Shown one piece after another: positions 39,412 through 52,439 of a stretch of 64,000 nucleotides of DNA; the first letter of the stretch is position 1; every line of letters starts with the position of its first letter. This DNA comes from Squalus acanthias (Eukaryota), in the NCBI GenBank assembly GCA_030390025.1, contig CM059431.1:154134001-154198000 (forward strand). Direction: 5' to 3'. Made by a program: the position numbers and the translations under genes. Under the pieces are notes generated by a model, which was given only the letters and a program-made list of their open reading frames with translations, was not told the DNA's origin and ran no database searches.

Positions 39412-40348
39412 GGCTCTCATCAAAGTCACAAATGACATCCTTTGTAACTGCGACAAAGACAAACTATCCCTCCTCTTCCTTCTCGACTTCTCAGCAGCCT
39501 TTGACACGGTTGACCACTCCACACTCCTCCAACGCCTTTCCACCATCGTCAAGCTGGATGGGACTGCACTCGCTTCGTTCCATTCTTAACTATCGTAGTC
39601 AGAGAATCACCAGCAATGGCTTCCCTTCCCGCTCATGCATCGTTATATCTGGTGTTCCCCAAGAATCTATACTTGCCCCCCTGCTATTTCTCATCTACAT
39701 GCTGCGCCTTGACGATATCATCGGAAACACAGCGTCAATTTCCACATGTATGCTGACGACAGCTACCTCTAGCTCACCACTACTTCTCTCGACCCCTCCA
39801 CGGTCTCTAAATTGTCAGACTGCTTGTCCGACATCCAGTTCTGGATGCGCAGATATTTTCTCCAGTTAAATATTGGGAAGACATTGTTTTCGTGCCCCGC
39901 CACCGACTCCACCCCACTCCCTAACATCTGTCTGTGGCTGTACCACACTGCTCGCAAACTTAGAGTCATATTTGACACTGAAATGAGCCTCTGACCACAT
40001 ATGCACGGCATAACTAAGACCGCCTATTTCCAACCCCGTAACATAGCCCGTCTCCGCCACTGCATCAGCGCATCTGCTGCTGAAACACTCAGCCAGGATT
40101 TGTTAACTCTAGCCTTGACTTTTCCAAAACACTCCTCTCTGGCGTCCCAGTTTGATCTTACATAACCTAGAGGTCACCATACCTCGAGTTCCAGTGTCCT
40201 AACTCGCACCAAGTCCCATTCACCCATCACCCTTGTGCTCGCTGAACTACATAGGATCCCGGTTAAGCAACGCCTCGATATAAAAATTGCCCGCCTTCTT
40301 TCAATTCTCTCCATGGCCTCGCCCCTCCATACCTCTAATCTCTTCCAG

Positions 40349-42770
40349 ATAAAGGCTATGGGGTAGAAATTAGGTCGCGCCCCATTCGGGGCGCAAATAT
40401 CGTCCGGACGCAAATATTAGCGCCTGGCGCTAATTATCGGCACTGACAGGAAACTTCACTTTTACCGCCCCGGGAGGTGAGTGGAGCGCTAAAGCAGGCG
40501 CTGCACACCTCTCTTAAGGTGCAAAGGCCTAGCAGTGAGGCGCTAACTCGGAGCGCTGGCGAAGCTCATGTAATGTCAGTCAGCAATGGAACACACACAC
40601 AATGGCACGGGCCAGTTCTTAAAGGGGATGGTTAATCTTGCTTTCCATCCACATCCTGTTCATTGCTGCCTTGAATCTCGGCCTGGAGAGACTTGCACAT
40701 CAAATGTTCTGGAAAGATCAATGGAGAGCACCAGGCAAAGAGCTCAGAGTGCAGCTCCCATGGTCTCTGCTAAATCGATACAAGGAATGGCAAATCAAAA
40801 TGAACCTGCAAAGTGCTGCTCAGTACCCAAAACTCCTTCACACAACGTTGAATCTCTCCAGAAGTCTCTCCCTCTCTCTCTCACAATGCGTAGTTCAAAA
40901 ATGCCACCAACAATAAAAGACAGGAAGAGGCCCCCTTTAATTAGCGCCCCCCCCAGCCCCGCAGCGATTGATAGCGTTCCAGTCTTCTGGTCGTTGGAAG
41001 CGCCAGGCGGTAAGGCAGGGGGCGCCACTCAATTTCCGCTACGGGGCGCCCCAAGGGCGTTGCACCATGGAATGACGTCACAATCTGCGCGCGCAGGTGG
41101 TCGCAGCGGTAAGTTTTAGCGCCGCCGCACAATCTCAAGTTAAGTTCTCGAGCGGCGCAAACATCGCTGCGCAAGGGCGTTAGCGGCTTTGCGCCCCATT
41201 AGCGCCCTCTTAAGGCGCTAACGGGAGGCGCAACCAAGTGAATTTTTACCCCTATGTGTCCTGACAACGTCCCGGCTCTCGTGCTGAATCCTTGTGCTCC
41301 AGAACGAGACGCAACTCAAGCCAAGCTGTTCCAGTACAGCTACAACACTGGTATCTATCCGACTGAAAATGTGCCCAGGTATGTCCTGTCCACAAAAAGC
41401 AGGAAAAATCCAACCCGGCCAATTACTGCCCCATCAGTATACTCTCAATCGTCAGCAAAGTGATGGAAGGTTTCATCGACAGTGCTATCAAGCGGCACTT
41501 ACTCACCAATAACCTGCTCACTGATGCTCAGTTTGGATTCCGCCAAGACCACTCGGCTCCCGACCTCATTAAAGCCTTGGTCCAAACATGGACAAAGGAG
41601 TTGAATTCCAGAGGAGAGGAGAGAGTAACTGCCCTTGACATCAAGGCAGCAATGCCCGAGTGTGGCATCAAGGAGCCCTAGTAAATGTGAAGTCAATGGG
41701 AATCGGGGGGGAAACGCTCCACTGCCTGGAGACAAGCCCAGCACAGAGGAAAATGTCTGTGGTGGCTGAAGGTCAATTATTACAGCCCCAGGACATCGCT
41801 GCAGGAGTTCCTCAGGGCAGAGGCTAAGGCCCAACCATCTTCAGCTGCTTCATCAATGACCTTCCCTCCAAGTTAAGGTCAGAAATGGGCTATTCGCTGA
41901 TGACTGCACAGTGTTCAGCGCCATTCACAACGCCTCAGACAATGAAGCAGTCCATGCCTGCATGCAATAAGACCTGGACGACGTCCAGGCTTGGGCTGAT
42001 AATGGCATGTAACATTCGCGCCACAGAAGTGCCAGGCAATGACTACCTCCATCAAGCGAGAAACTAACCACCCCCCCCTTGACATTCAACGGCATTACCA
42101 TCGCCGAATTCCACACCATCAACAACCTGGGGGTCACCGTTGAGCTTAACTGGACAAGCCACATAAATACTGTGGCAAAAAGAGCAGGTCAGAGGCTTGG
42201 TATTCTGCGGCGAGTGTCTCACCTCCTGAATCCCCAAATCCCTTCTACATCCTACAAGCCAAAAGTTAGGAGTGTGATGGAAAAATCTGCACTTGTTTGG
42301 ATGAGTGATGCTCCAACAACACTCAAGAAGCTCCACACCATCCAGAACAAAGCAGCCCGCTTTATTGGAACCCCATCCACCACCTTAAACATTCACTCCC
42401 TCCGCCATAGGCGTACCGTGGCTGCAGTGTGTACCATCTACAAGATGCACTGCAGCAACTCGCCAAAATTACATTTGCAGCACATCACAAACACTCGACC
42501 TCTACCACCTAGAAGGACAAGGGCAGCAGGCGCATGGGAACACCACCACCTCCAACTTCCCCTCCAATCAAACACCATCCTGACTTAACAGTATATCGAC
42601 GATACTTCATCGTCGCTGGGTCAACATCCTGGAACTGCTAAAATAAACACACAGATTACAGCGGTTCAACAAGGCAGCTCACCACTACCAGCGCCTCAAA
42701 GGTAATTAGGAATGGGCAGAAAATGCTAGCCTTCCCAGCGAAGCCCACATCCCATAAACGAATAAAAGAA
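40349..42770 (+). mobile_element. 5'-truncated Zenon/Daphne-like LINE inserted in L2 copy D
   Basis: QFGFRQDHSAPD, ALDIKAA and SLRHRRTVAAVCTIYKMH; tail aataaaagaa; the L2 resumes at gcccaccctccgagata. Confidence 0.88.
40360..41252. mobile_element. PIF/Harbinger-like MITE nested in the Zenon-like LINE
   Basis: TIRs GGGGTAGAAATT / AATTTTTACCCC; TAT at 40357-40359 and 41253-41255; GC-rich subterminal agcgcc repeats. Confidence 0.88.
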
Positions 42771-43289
42771 GCCCACCCTCCGAGATAAATGCGCTCCTAT
42801 AATTCTGCCCTCTTGAGCATCCCTAATTATAATCGCTCAACAATTGGTGGCCGTGCCTTCAGTTGCCCAGGCCCAAAGCTCAGGAATTCCCGCTCTAAAC
42901 ATCTCCGCCTCTCTACCTCTCTTTCCTCCCTTAAGTCTCTCCTTCAAACCAACCTCTTTGAACAAGGTTTTAGTCATCTGCCATAATGAGGCTCGGTGTC
43001 AAATTTTGTCTTATTATACTCCTTTGAAGCGCATTGGGACCCTTTACTACGTTCCAAGCGCTATGTAAATGCACGTTGTTATGTTGATCTCCACAACCGA
43101 GTTCCAGATGGGCTCCCGTCGGTCGGGATTCCGCACTTTGAGTGCCCGTTGGTATGCTTTACTCACAGTGCACGCCAAAACCAGCCTTATTCCTCAGGTA
43201 GAGAATATTCTGCAGGCAAATATGGAGCGGGTGATCATTGGTGAATTAAATGATCCTTTACTTGATTTTACAGTCTGGCGGTATACTTT

Positions 43290-45077
43290 TATATTTATTC
43301 TCCGATTATTTTTAATATTTTGAATTTGCTGAGTTTTGCGATGAAATTCTGGTAGTTTATGACTCTAATATCTATCGACACGCAATATATGTGATCCCTC
43401 TGCTCTCTATGAGCAGTGACAGTGTCCGTGTGTTCATGGAGATGTGTCCTGATTGGTGCTTCTATTTGAATGTATTGACCATATCTCTCCTGGTGTCAGC
43501 ACCTGACCAATGAGCACTGTGGGAGGTGAGGACATGTTCCACTGTTCTACTAATATTAACACTAATGAATAATGTTATGAATCATGTAACTTTAAACAGT
43601 GAGATGATGCACAGCATTGATTACTGGAATATATTTAGGGGTCTCACAATCTCAGATTTGGCCAAAAATATATAAGTGGTAGATTTGCCTGCTGTTTTAC
43701 AATCACAATTCTCCACGTGTGTGTGTCTCGCTGTGTGTGTGCCCACACAAGTGTGTTCAATTACACTCTCAGACACGTCCTTTCCTTTCCCCACTGCGGA
43801 AATGTAGTTTCTCTCTCGGATATGTAATTTCTCCAAAATATATTTAAAGTTATATTCCGGAATTAATTTAGAACTAAGTTTGAGACCTTGTAAATCTCAG
43901 TTATCTGCTGTTTGATACCAAGTATAATAAACAATTAAGTCACATAAGTCACAGCAACAACTTGCATTTCCACAGCTTGAGTGGAGCATAAACTTCGGCA
44001 TGGACTGGTTGGGCGGAATGGTCAGTTTATTTGCCGTCTATCCTATGTAATCCTATGTAATTCACATTATGCTCTCCATGCATTCTCCCCGCCGACAACG
44101 ATGCTTCCTCTTGACCTTGGTCACTTAACGGCATCCTGCTGTGACTTACCTGGAATTGATTTATCAGATAATGCAAGTGTTCTCTTCCCTTTATTTGCAG
44201 GGATGCTGCATTAGCAGTTTACGGGGCGGCCGACTCGATACCGATTTATTGATGAATTTACATGCATGTATTTCCCTTAAATCCAAGATGAAGCCGGTGC
44301 TCAAAAATACAAAACACACCATTGAACAGCGAAAGGAAACGGTGATCGGTTAACAAGTGTTTTGGAAATATTGTGAACTCAATTGCAATCGCAATAAACT
44401 TAATGGATATAATTACACCGAATACTTAGGAAATTAATTTAGGAAAATCGTTTGTGATATCAATAGAAAATAATCACACAGTCATCAATAAATTAGCCAA
44501 TACATGACTGTAACTGCTATAATTTAACAACTGAATGTAACTGACTTTAAAACTCAAAGGGATTGGCGGGGGCCGTGTCGGAGAAAGGCGTGAGAGGTAG
44601 CTCTATTAATAAAGTCAAAAACTCATCATCAACAACTTGCATTTGTATGGCGTCTTTAACGTTGAAAATAAATATTCCAAGCCGCCTAAAGAAATTTTAA
44701 TGAGGCAAGAACGCACACATCCCGGCTACCGAGAGAGATAATGCGGGTTAACGAGAATTTAGATAAAGTGCGACAAAAAAGTGCATTTTTGAGCATACGT
44801 TTTCGGAGTGTCAGGAGATGTAGAGTTGGCGAATTTAGGCAGAGAATAATGAACTGCGTGGTATCTTTCTTTTTATCCACCAGAAATGCAACTGGTTATT
44901 TCACTATTTGTATTTCCTGCATCATTACTGTCAGCAGTGAAATCTTACCGCGATTTTACCGGTTTGGCCAACAACACGTCACCAGAATTCCTAATGCTCC
45001 CACCAGTGTTCCAACTGAGACTGAAACCGTGACGAATATCTTGCAATGTTCGTCGATTATTGCAGTATCGTCAATCA
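43290..45077 (-). pseudogene. 3' part of an unidentified type-I membrane-protein gene: TM exon 45077-44949, 39-nt exon 44188-44150, terminal exon from 43793 (stop 43621)
   Basis: AG/GT-bounded phase-1 exons splice to IDDTAIIDEHCK-IFVTVSVSVGTLVGALGILVTCCW-PNR*NRG-KRTLALSDKSIP-VGKGKDVSES...STTYIFL...IFQ*. Donors are G|GTAAGA and G|GTAAGT; AATAAA at 43299-43294; in-frame TAA at 44958-44956. Confidence 0.6.
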
Positions 45078-45184
45078 CTGTAATTATAGAATATGTTTGA
45101 GCTGTTGCCTTTCAAGTATTCATTGACATTCCAAATAATCTCAAATAATTCTAAAAGCTGCTGACATGTTATTTCATAACTCTC

Positions 45185-47255
45185 AGAGAAAGAAAGACGA
45201 TAAGAGAAGTATGAACGTTCCGTGACTAACCAAGGAAGTAAAGGAAGTTATCGACTTGAAAATAAAAGCAAATAATGTTGCGAAGAACAGTGGATGCCCA
45301 GAGGATCGGGACATTTGTAAAAAACAGTAAAGGATGACTAAAAAAATGATAAACAGAGAGAAGATAGCCTATGAGAGGAAGCTAGCAAGAAATATAAAAG
45401 CAGACAGTAAGAACTTCTACAGGTATATAAAAAGGAAAAGATTAGCTAAAATAAACGTTGGCCCCTTATAGGAAGAGTCTGGGGAATTAATAATGGAAAA
45501 CATATAAATAGTGGAGACTTTGAACAAATATTTTGTACCGGTCTTCACGGTAGAAGACACCACAAGCATCCCAATAATGGATAATCAGGGGACAATTGGG
45601 GAACTTCAAACAATCACTATCATTAGAGGGAAAGTACTAGACACATTCATGGGACTAAAGGTGGACAAGTCCCCTGGACCCGATTGCCCGAATCCTAGAG
45701 TCTTAAAAGAGGTGATTGCAGAGATAGTGAATGCATTGATTGTAATCCACCAAAATTTCGTGGATTCTGGAGAGGTCCCTGCGGACAGGAAAACCGCAAA
45801 TGTAATGCCCCGATTTAAGAAAGGAAGGAGACAGAAAGCAGCCAACTATCGACCAGTTAGCCTAAAATCTGTAATTGTTAAAATGCTTGAGTCCATCTTT
45901 AAGGAAATGCTAGCAGGACATTTAGAAAATCATAATATAGTCAACCAGAGTAGGCATGGTTTTATGAAATGGAAATCATTTTTGACAAATTGCTGGAGTA
46001 CTTTGAGGATGTACCGAGCAGGGTGGTTAAAAGGGAACCAATAGATGTGCATTTGGATTTGCAGAAGGCATTCGATAAGGTGCTACATAAAAAGGTTACC
46101 ATACAAGATAAGAGCTCACGGGGTGGGTGATAATATATTAGCATGAATAGAGGATTGGCTAAAAAACAGAAACCAGAGAGTCGGGATAAAAGTGTTACTT
46201 TCAGGTTGGCAAACTGTAACTAGTGTGGTGCCGCAGGGATCAGTGCTGGGGCCTCAACTATTTACAAACTATATTAATGACTTGGATGAAAGGACTGAGT
46301 GTAATGTAACCAAATTTTCCTGATAATACAAAGATTGGTGGGAAAGCAAGTTGTGTGGAGGAGTCAAAGAATCTCCAAAAGAGTAGAGATAGGCTAAGTG
46401 AGTGGACAGGAATATGGCAGATGGAGTATAATGTGGGAAAATGCGAGGTTATCCACTTTGGTAGGAAAAATTAAAAAAAAATATTATTTAAATGGGGAGA
46501 GATTAAAAATGCTGAGGTACAGAGGGATCTGGGGGATATGTATGCATGAATCATAATAAAGTTAGCATGTAGGAGCAGCACATAATCAGGAAGGACAATT
46601 GAGTGCTGGACTTTATTGCAAAGGGAATGGAGTATAAATGTAAGGATGTCCTTTTACAGCCGTACAAGGCGTTAGTGAGACCACACCTGGAGTACTGTGC
46701 ACAGTTTTGGTCTCCTTATTTAAGGAAGGATATACTTGCATTGGAAGCAATTCAGAGAAGGTTCAAGATGTTGATTCCGGAGAGGAAAGGGATCTCTCAT
46801 GAAGAAAGGTTGAGCAGGTTATGCCTTTACTCGTTGGAGTTTAGAAGAATGAGAGGTGATCTTATTGAAACATATAAAAATTCTGAAGGGGCTAGACAGG
46901 TTAGATGAAGATAGGATCTTTCCCCTCGTGGGGGAATCTAGAACTAGGGGGCATAATTTCATAATAAGGGGGCACTCATTTAAAACGGAAATGAGGAGGA
47001 ATTTCTTCTCTCAAAGGATCGTGAATCTTTGGAATTCTCTTCCCCAGAGAGCTGTGGCGGCTGGGTCATTAAATATATTTAAGGTGGAGATAGAGAGATT
47101 TTTGAATGGTAAGGGAGTCAAGGGTTATGGGGAGCGAGCAGGGAAGTGGAGTTGATGCCAAGATCAGATCAGCCATGTTCTTATTGAATGGCGCTGCAGG
47201 CTCGAGGGGCCAAATGAGTTACTCCTGCTCCTACGCCTTGTGTTCTTATGTTATG
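45185..47255 (+). mobile_element. 5'-truncated CR1 LINE (RT half)
   Basis: LNKYFVPVFTVED, KSPGPD, NYRPVSL, RPHLEYCAQFWSP, FFSQRIVNLWNSLP; tail tcttatgttatgttc. Confidence 0.93.
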
Positions 47256-49157
47256 TTCTTCCTTTTATCGTTTGTCTACCTCATTATTCAGTTTACATTT
47301 TGATATCCTCTGCTGTTTTCACCGTTATTCTTTGTCAGGTGAGCTTAACTTTGTGCATTTCTGCACTTTGCCTGAATAACGTGCATATAAAGTATGGCCA
47401 AGAGATTTATCAGAGAAGAATGTGTGCCACGGTTGGGTTGACTGTGCACTGGGTGATCTTCTGTTCGTTCACCAAATGACCGCGACATATAACACTGGAC
47501 AACCTGTAATATATTCAAGTCTATACATGTTCCGACACCGCCATTTAGTCCTGCTTCTGGGCATGGACTCGTTACGATTTTCCGATTCTAATGCTAATCG
47601 GAACAAATTGACTGTTGAAGTTGCTCACTTTTGCAACCAGGTGGCGATGCTTAGCTCCAGAAGCTGCTTTTTCCCAATTGATGGGCCAAATTTATCGGTG
47701 GGTATGACGGCGTACACTGAGAGTACACCGTCATACCGCCTTTGAAAATGACCACAAGTTTGCGTTTTCCACATGCGCTTCAATAGGCGCTAAATACCGA
47801 ACATGGGATGCCTTGACAGATGATTTGCACCAACAGGAAATACTCATACTGGAATATTGTTGGGCCAATTGCCCACTAACTGCCTGGCAATTGCGTGTGA
47901 AAATTTTACAGTTAGTGTAAGCAGGTGCAGTAGCCTGTTTCACTGTGAAAGGGATCCATTTCTGTTGAATATTGAGAACAATCAGCGGATATAGATGCAA
48001 GCAATACAACTTTAACCCTAAAACGTGCACAATATTCAAATTGTTCCTTGAGTTTAAATAAAATTGAAGTGATACTGTTGCCAGAATACCACCCACAGAA
48101 ACAAACAACATGTACCGAACACATACCACTTGAAATAACCGAAGAATTAAAGGGATTTGTTTTACAGCAGAGAAGTAGGCTGAATGTGTTCGCTCCACCG
48201 ATTTCACAGTGCCTCTGAAATAATTGTTAATCGTTCAGGTATCACTTTACAATAAAATGCATGTCCCTAGTGGCAACATTTAGAAATATTAATAATAATA
48301 TAAAATATGACAGTTATTATTTAAAATGATCAATGTTTTCTGCACTCCAAATGTATGATCAAGACCTGGGCATCTGACAAATATAATTTATACTTCCTCC
48401 AAATGTATGAAATAAAATCATTTTGCTATTTCATTATTTTATTAAATATATTTAAAGCTGCCCCACAGTTGTTGTGCTAGGGTCATAGTGTATAGTAAAT
48501 CAAAATGAGCATTGCCAAAGCCTTTCTGTGCTGCTGAATCCCAATCCATCGTAAAGTTACTGCGACATTTTAATATTTGTTTTCACTAATGGACATTTGA
48601 CAGGATATTAAATGCTAGTCTTAACAGAAGAAATTTTTTTTTCCTGATTTACATAAACTATTTACACATCCGGAATTTGAAAGCCGGGATGGTGAAGTAC
48701 AGCACAAGCAATTCTTTGGGCTGGCAAAAAACTCTGCAACGCTCTTCAATGTTCCTCAGAGCAAATAAGAAAAGGAACAAGATTCTTAGTATGAAATATA
48801 AAAAAAATAAAGTTTAATAAAAAGCCCAAGTGATAGAAACTGTAATAACCACAATAGAAGTTTGACCAGATAAACTATCTATTTCAATTTAGTAAATATT
48901 TAAATTATTATTACCCCCTGACGGTCAAAGGACGAGAATGTTTCCATTGACCACAAATTAGCATTTGTTTCATTCAAGTGGAAATCAGATGCCAAAATAT
49001 TATTGGTATTTTGTTACATAATCGTACTAAAATGCTGATATATGAATTAAGTCCAAGTAGCAGTTTAATTAAAAGTTTTTAATATATAATTTCAATGAAA
49101 GGGAATGCAGAAATTTTCTGTGGGTGTGGCTTAGATGTGACAAATTTTGTGGGCGTG

Positions 49158-52100
49158 TCATAGAGTCATAGAGTCGTAGAGTTATACAGCACAGAAAGAC
49201 GAACTACGGCACATCGTGTCTGCGCCGGCCATCAAGCCCTATCTATTCTAATCCCATTTTCCAGGACTTGGTCCGTAGCCTTGTATGCTATGGCGTTTCA
49301 AGTGCTCATCTAAATGCTACCTGAATGTTGTGAGGCTTCCTGACTCTGCCACTCATTAAGGCAGTGAGTTCCAGATTCCAACCACCCTCTGGGTGAAAAG
49401 GTTTTTCCTCAAATCCTCTCTAAACCTCCTGCCCCTTACTTTGAAACTCAATCTGGTCCCCACTCAGCCTTCTCTGCTATAAGGAATACAAACCCAGCCT
49501 GTTCATTCTCCTTTCATAGCTGAAGCGTTCAAGCCCAGGTAACATCCTGCTGAATGTCCTCTGCACCCTCCACAATGCAATCACATCCTTCCTATAGTGT
49601 GTCTACCAGAATTACACACAGTATTCCAGCAGTGGCCTAACTAGCGTTTTGTACAGCTCCATCATAACCTCCCTGCTTTTATATTCTATGCCTTGGGTAA
49701 TGAAGGCAAGTATCCCATATGCATTTTTAACAACCTTATCTACCTGTCCTGCTGGCTTCAGTGATCTATGTACATGCATACCAATGTCCGGATGTTGCTC
49801 TGTCCTTCCTAGGGTCTTACCATTCATTGTGTATTCCCTTGCATTGTTAGTCCTCCCAAAATACATCATCTCACACTTTTCAGGGTTAAATTCCATTTGC
49901 CATTTTTCTGCCCATCTAACCAACCCATCTGTATCGTCCTGCAGCCTAAGGCTTCTCTCCTCGCTATTTCCCACCCCACCAATTTTCGTGTAATCTCCCA
50001 ACTTACTGATCATACCTCCTACATTCATATCTAAATCATTAATGTACACTACAAACAGCAAAGGACCAAGCTCCGATCCCTGCGGTACACCACTGGACAC
50101 AGGCTTTCAGTCACATAAACAACCTTCAACCATCACCCTCTGCCTACTGCCACTAAGCCAATTTTGGATCCAATGTGCCAAATTGCCCTGGATCCCATCG
50201 GCTCTTAACTTCTTGACCAGTCTCCCACGCGGGACATTGACAAAAGCCTTAATGAATTCCATGAAGACCACATCAACTGCACTACCCTCATTCACACACC
50301 TAATCACCCCCTCGAAAAATTAAATCAAATTTGTTAGACATGATCTCCCCTGACAAAGCCATGTTGACATTATTTGATTAATCCTTGCCTCTCCAAGTGG
50401 AGACTATTTCTATTCCTCAGAATTTTTTCCAATAATTTCCCTACCACTGATGTTAGTACCACTGGCCTGTAATACCCTGGTTAATTCCTACTACCTTTCT
50501 TGAATAATTTTACCACGTTAGCTGCTCTACAGTCCTCTGGCAACACCCCTGTATACAGAGAGGTTCTGAATATTTGTGTCAGAGCCCCTGCAATCTTCTT
50601 CCTTGCCTCACTCAACAGCCTGGGATACATATCGTCTGTGCCTGGTGATTTATCCACTTGTCAGCCCCATAAAACCGCAAGTACCTCTTCTCTCTCAATA
50701 CTAATTTGTTCAAGTATATCACAAACCCCCTGCCTGATTTATATGCCGGCATCATCCTTCTCCATATTGAACACAGATGCAAAATATTAATTTAAAAACT
50801 CATCCACATCTTCCTGCTCTACACACAGATTGCCACTTTGGTCCCTAATGTGCCCAACTCTTTCCCTGGTTATTCTCTTGCCTTTAACATACTTATAAAA
50901 CACATTGGGATTTTCTGTTATTTTGTCTGACAGTGTTTTTTCATGTCCCCTCTTCGCTCTCCTGATGTCTTCCTTAAGTACCCCCCTGCACTTTCTATAC
51001 TCCTCTAGGGCTTCCATTGTTTTTAGTCCTTAGCATCTGCCAAAATCATCACTTTTATCCCTAATCCATTCTTGTATACCCTTTGAAATCCAGGGTTCCC
51101 TGGGCGTGTTGGTCCCAGCCTTGACCTTTATGGGAACATATTGGCGTTCTACTCTCTTTATTTCCTTTCGAATGTCGTTAGTGGCCATGATGCTGAGATG
51201 CCGGTGTTGGACTGGGGTGGACACAAGTGAGAATCGCTCAACACCAGGTTATAGTCCAACAGTTTCATTTGAAATCACAAGCTTTCCGAACTGCTGCCCC
51301 TTCGTCAGGTGAAGGAGCAGCAACTCCAAACGCTTGAGATTTCAAATAAAACTGACGAACTATACCCTGTTGTTGTGCGACTTCTCACTTATTTCCTTTC
51401 TGAAAGACACCCACTGCTCTGATGTGGATTTTCCTACAAATAGCTGATCCCAGTTCACTTTGGCCAAATCCTGCCTTATCATATTTAAATCGGCATTCCC
51501 ACCAATTTTGAACCTTTATTTCCGTTCCATCTTTGTCCTTTTCCATAACTACCTTAAATCTCTCCGAATTATAGTCACTGTCACCAAAATTCTCTCCCTC
51601 TGACACTTCTACCACTTGCCCGGCTACATTCCCTAGAATTAGTTCCAGTACCGCCCCCTCTCTTGTAGGACTTTCTACATGCTGGCTCAAGAAGCTCTCC
51701 TGGATGCAGTTTAAGAATACCGCACCCTCTAAGACTTTCAAACTTGACTATCCCAGTTAATGTTGGGGAAGTTGAAATCCTCTACTATTATTACCCTATT
51801 ATTTCTACACTTCTCCGAGATTTGCCTACATATCTGTTCCTCTATCTCCCCCTGACTGATGGGGGCCTATAGTACACACCCAGCAAAGTGCTTGCCGCCT
51901 TTTTGTTTTTAAGTTCTACCCATGTGGCCTCATTCGATTAACCTGCTAAGATATCATCCCTCCTTACAGCAGTAATTGGCTCCTTGATTAAGATTGCGAC
52001 ACCCCATCCTCTTTTACATCACCCTCTTTCTCCACTGAAGCTTCTATTCCCCGGATTATTGAGCTGGCAGTCCTGACGCTCCCTCAACCATGTCTCTGTG

Positions 52101-52400
52101 ATAGCACTAATATCATACTCCCATCTTTTCTTCAACACCTTCAATTCATCTGCCTTACTCGCAAGACTCCTTGCATTCAAATAAATGCCATCCAGCCATG
52201 CCATATTCCTTTGTGCCATTAAACTTTTGCTCTGCCTTCCAGGCTGATTTCTTTTTTTCCACTATATTTGGCTCCAGTCCATATCCCATTCCTCTGCAAG
52301 TTAGTTTAACAACGCTCCCACCATTCCCCCCCCCACCCCCAACAGTACTTGCAAACCTCCCCGCAATGATGTTGGTCCAATTCCGGTCCAGGTGTAACCC
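49158..52400 (-). mobile_element. Decayed CR1 LINE (end of ORF1 plus whole ORF2)
   Basis: YLNARSL...AITETWL (52019-52219), PTREGAVLELILGN, SGVPQGSELGP (49612-50100); tail (catagagt)n at 49158. Confidence 0.93.
51170..51388. mobile_element. Second short palindromic Penelope-derived element
   Basis: Same architecture as 39221-39411. 12-bp TSD ttatttcctttc at 51158-51169 and 51389-51400. Minus strand reads TCAC-CTGACGA-A-GGGGC...GAAA-GC-TT-GTGA. Confidence 0.85.
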
Positions 52401-52439
52401 GTCCCGTGTCTTTCAGGTGCAACCGGTCCCCGTGTCTTT

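Larger units (their letters stand above)
37060..43083 (+). mobile_element. Near-full-length decayed L2 LINE, copy D, with three nested insertions
   Basis: [49 protein letters not shown]2 tail ending ~43083. Confidence 0.9.
5607..43810. repeat. Diverged tandem segmental duplication, four partial copies: A ~5607-10550, B ~10560-24400, C ~24400-35005, D ~35008-43810
   Basis: Colinear shared markers: tgcctcagtctcaatatt (~7773, 13057, 27464, 36453); gaccctc..ctgag (~8075, 13361, 27764, 36757); caggtgtgaca (~8585, 13863, 29018, 37048); post-L2 gatctccacaa (~21178, 32439, 43086). Confidence 0.93.

Noticed and set aside
40586..41119. 177-aa ORF inside the MITE as a possible transposase
   Set aside because: No DDE or Myb/SANT motifs recognisable; the element is too short to be autonomous.
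44886..45032. Plus-strand 48-aa ORF MQLVISLFVFPASLLSAVKS... after an acceptor-like site, resembling an Ig leader
   Set aside because: No V domain follows. It overlaps, antisense, the better-supported TM exon, which has both splice sites and in-phase neighbours. Not formally excluded.
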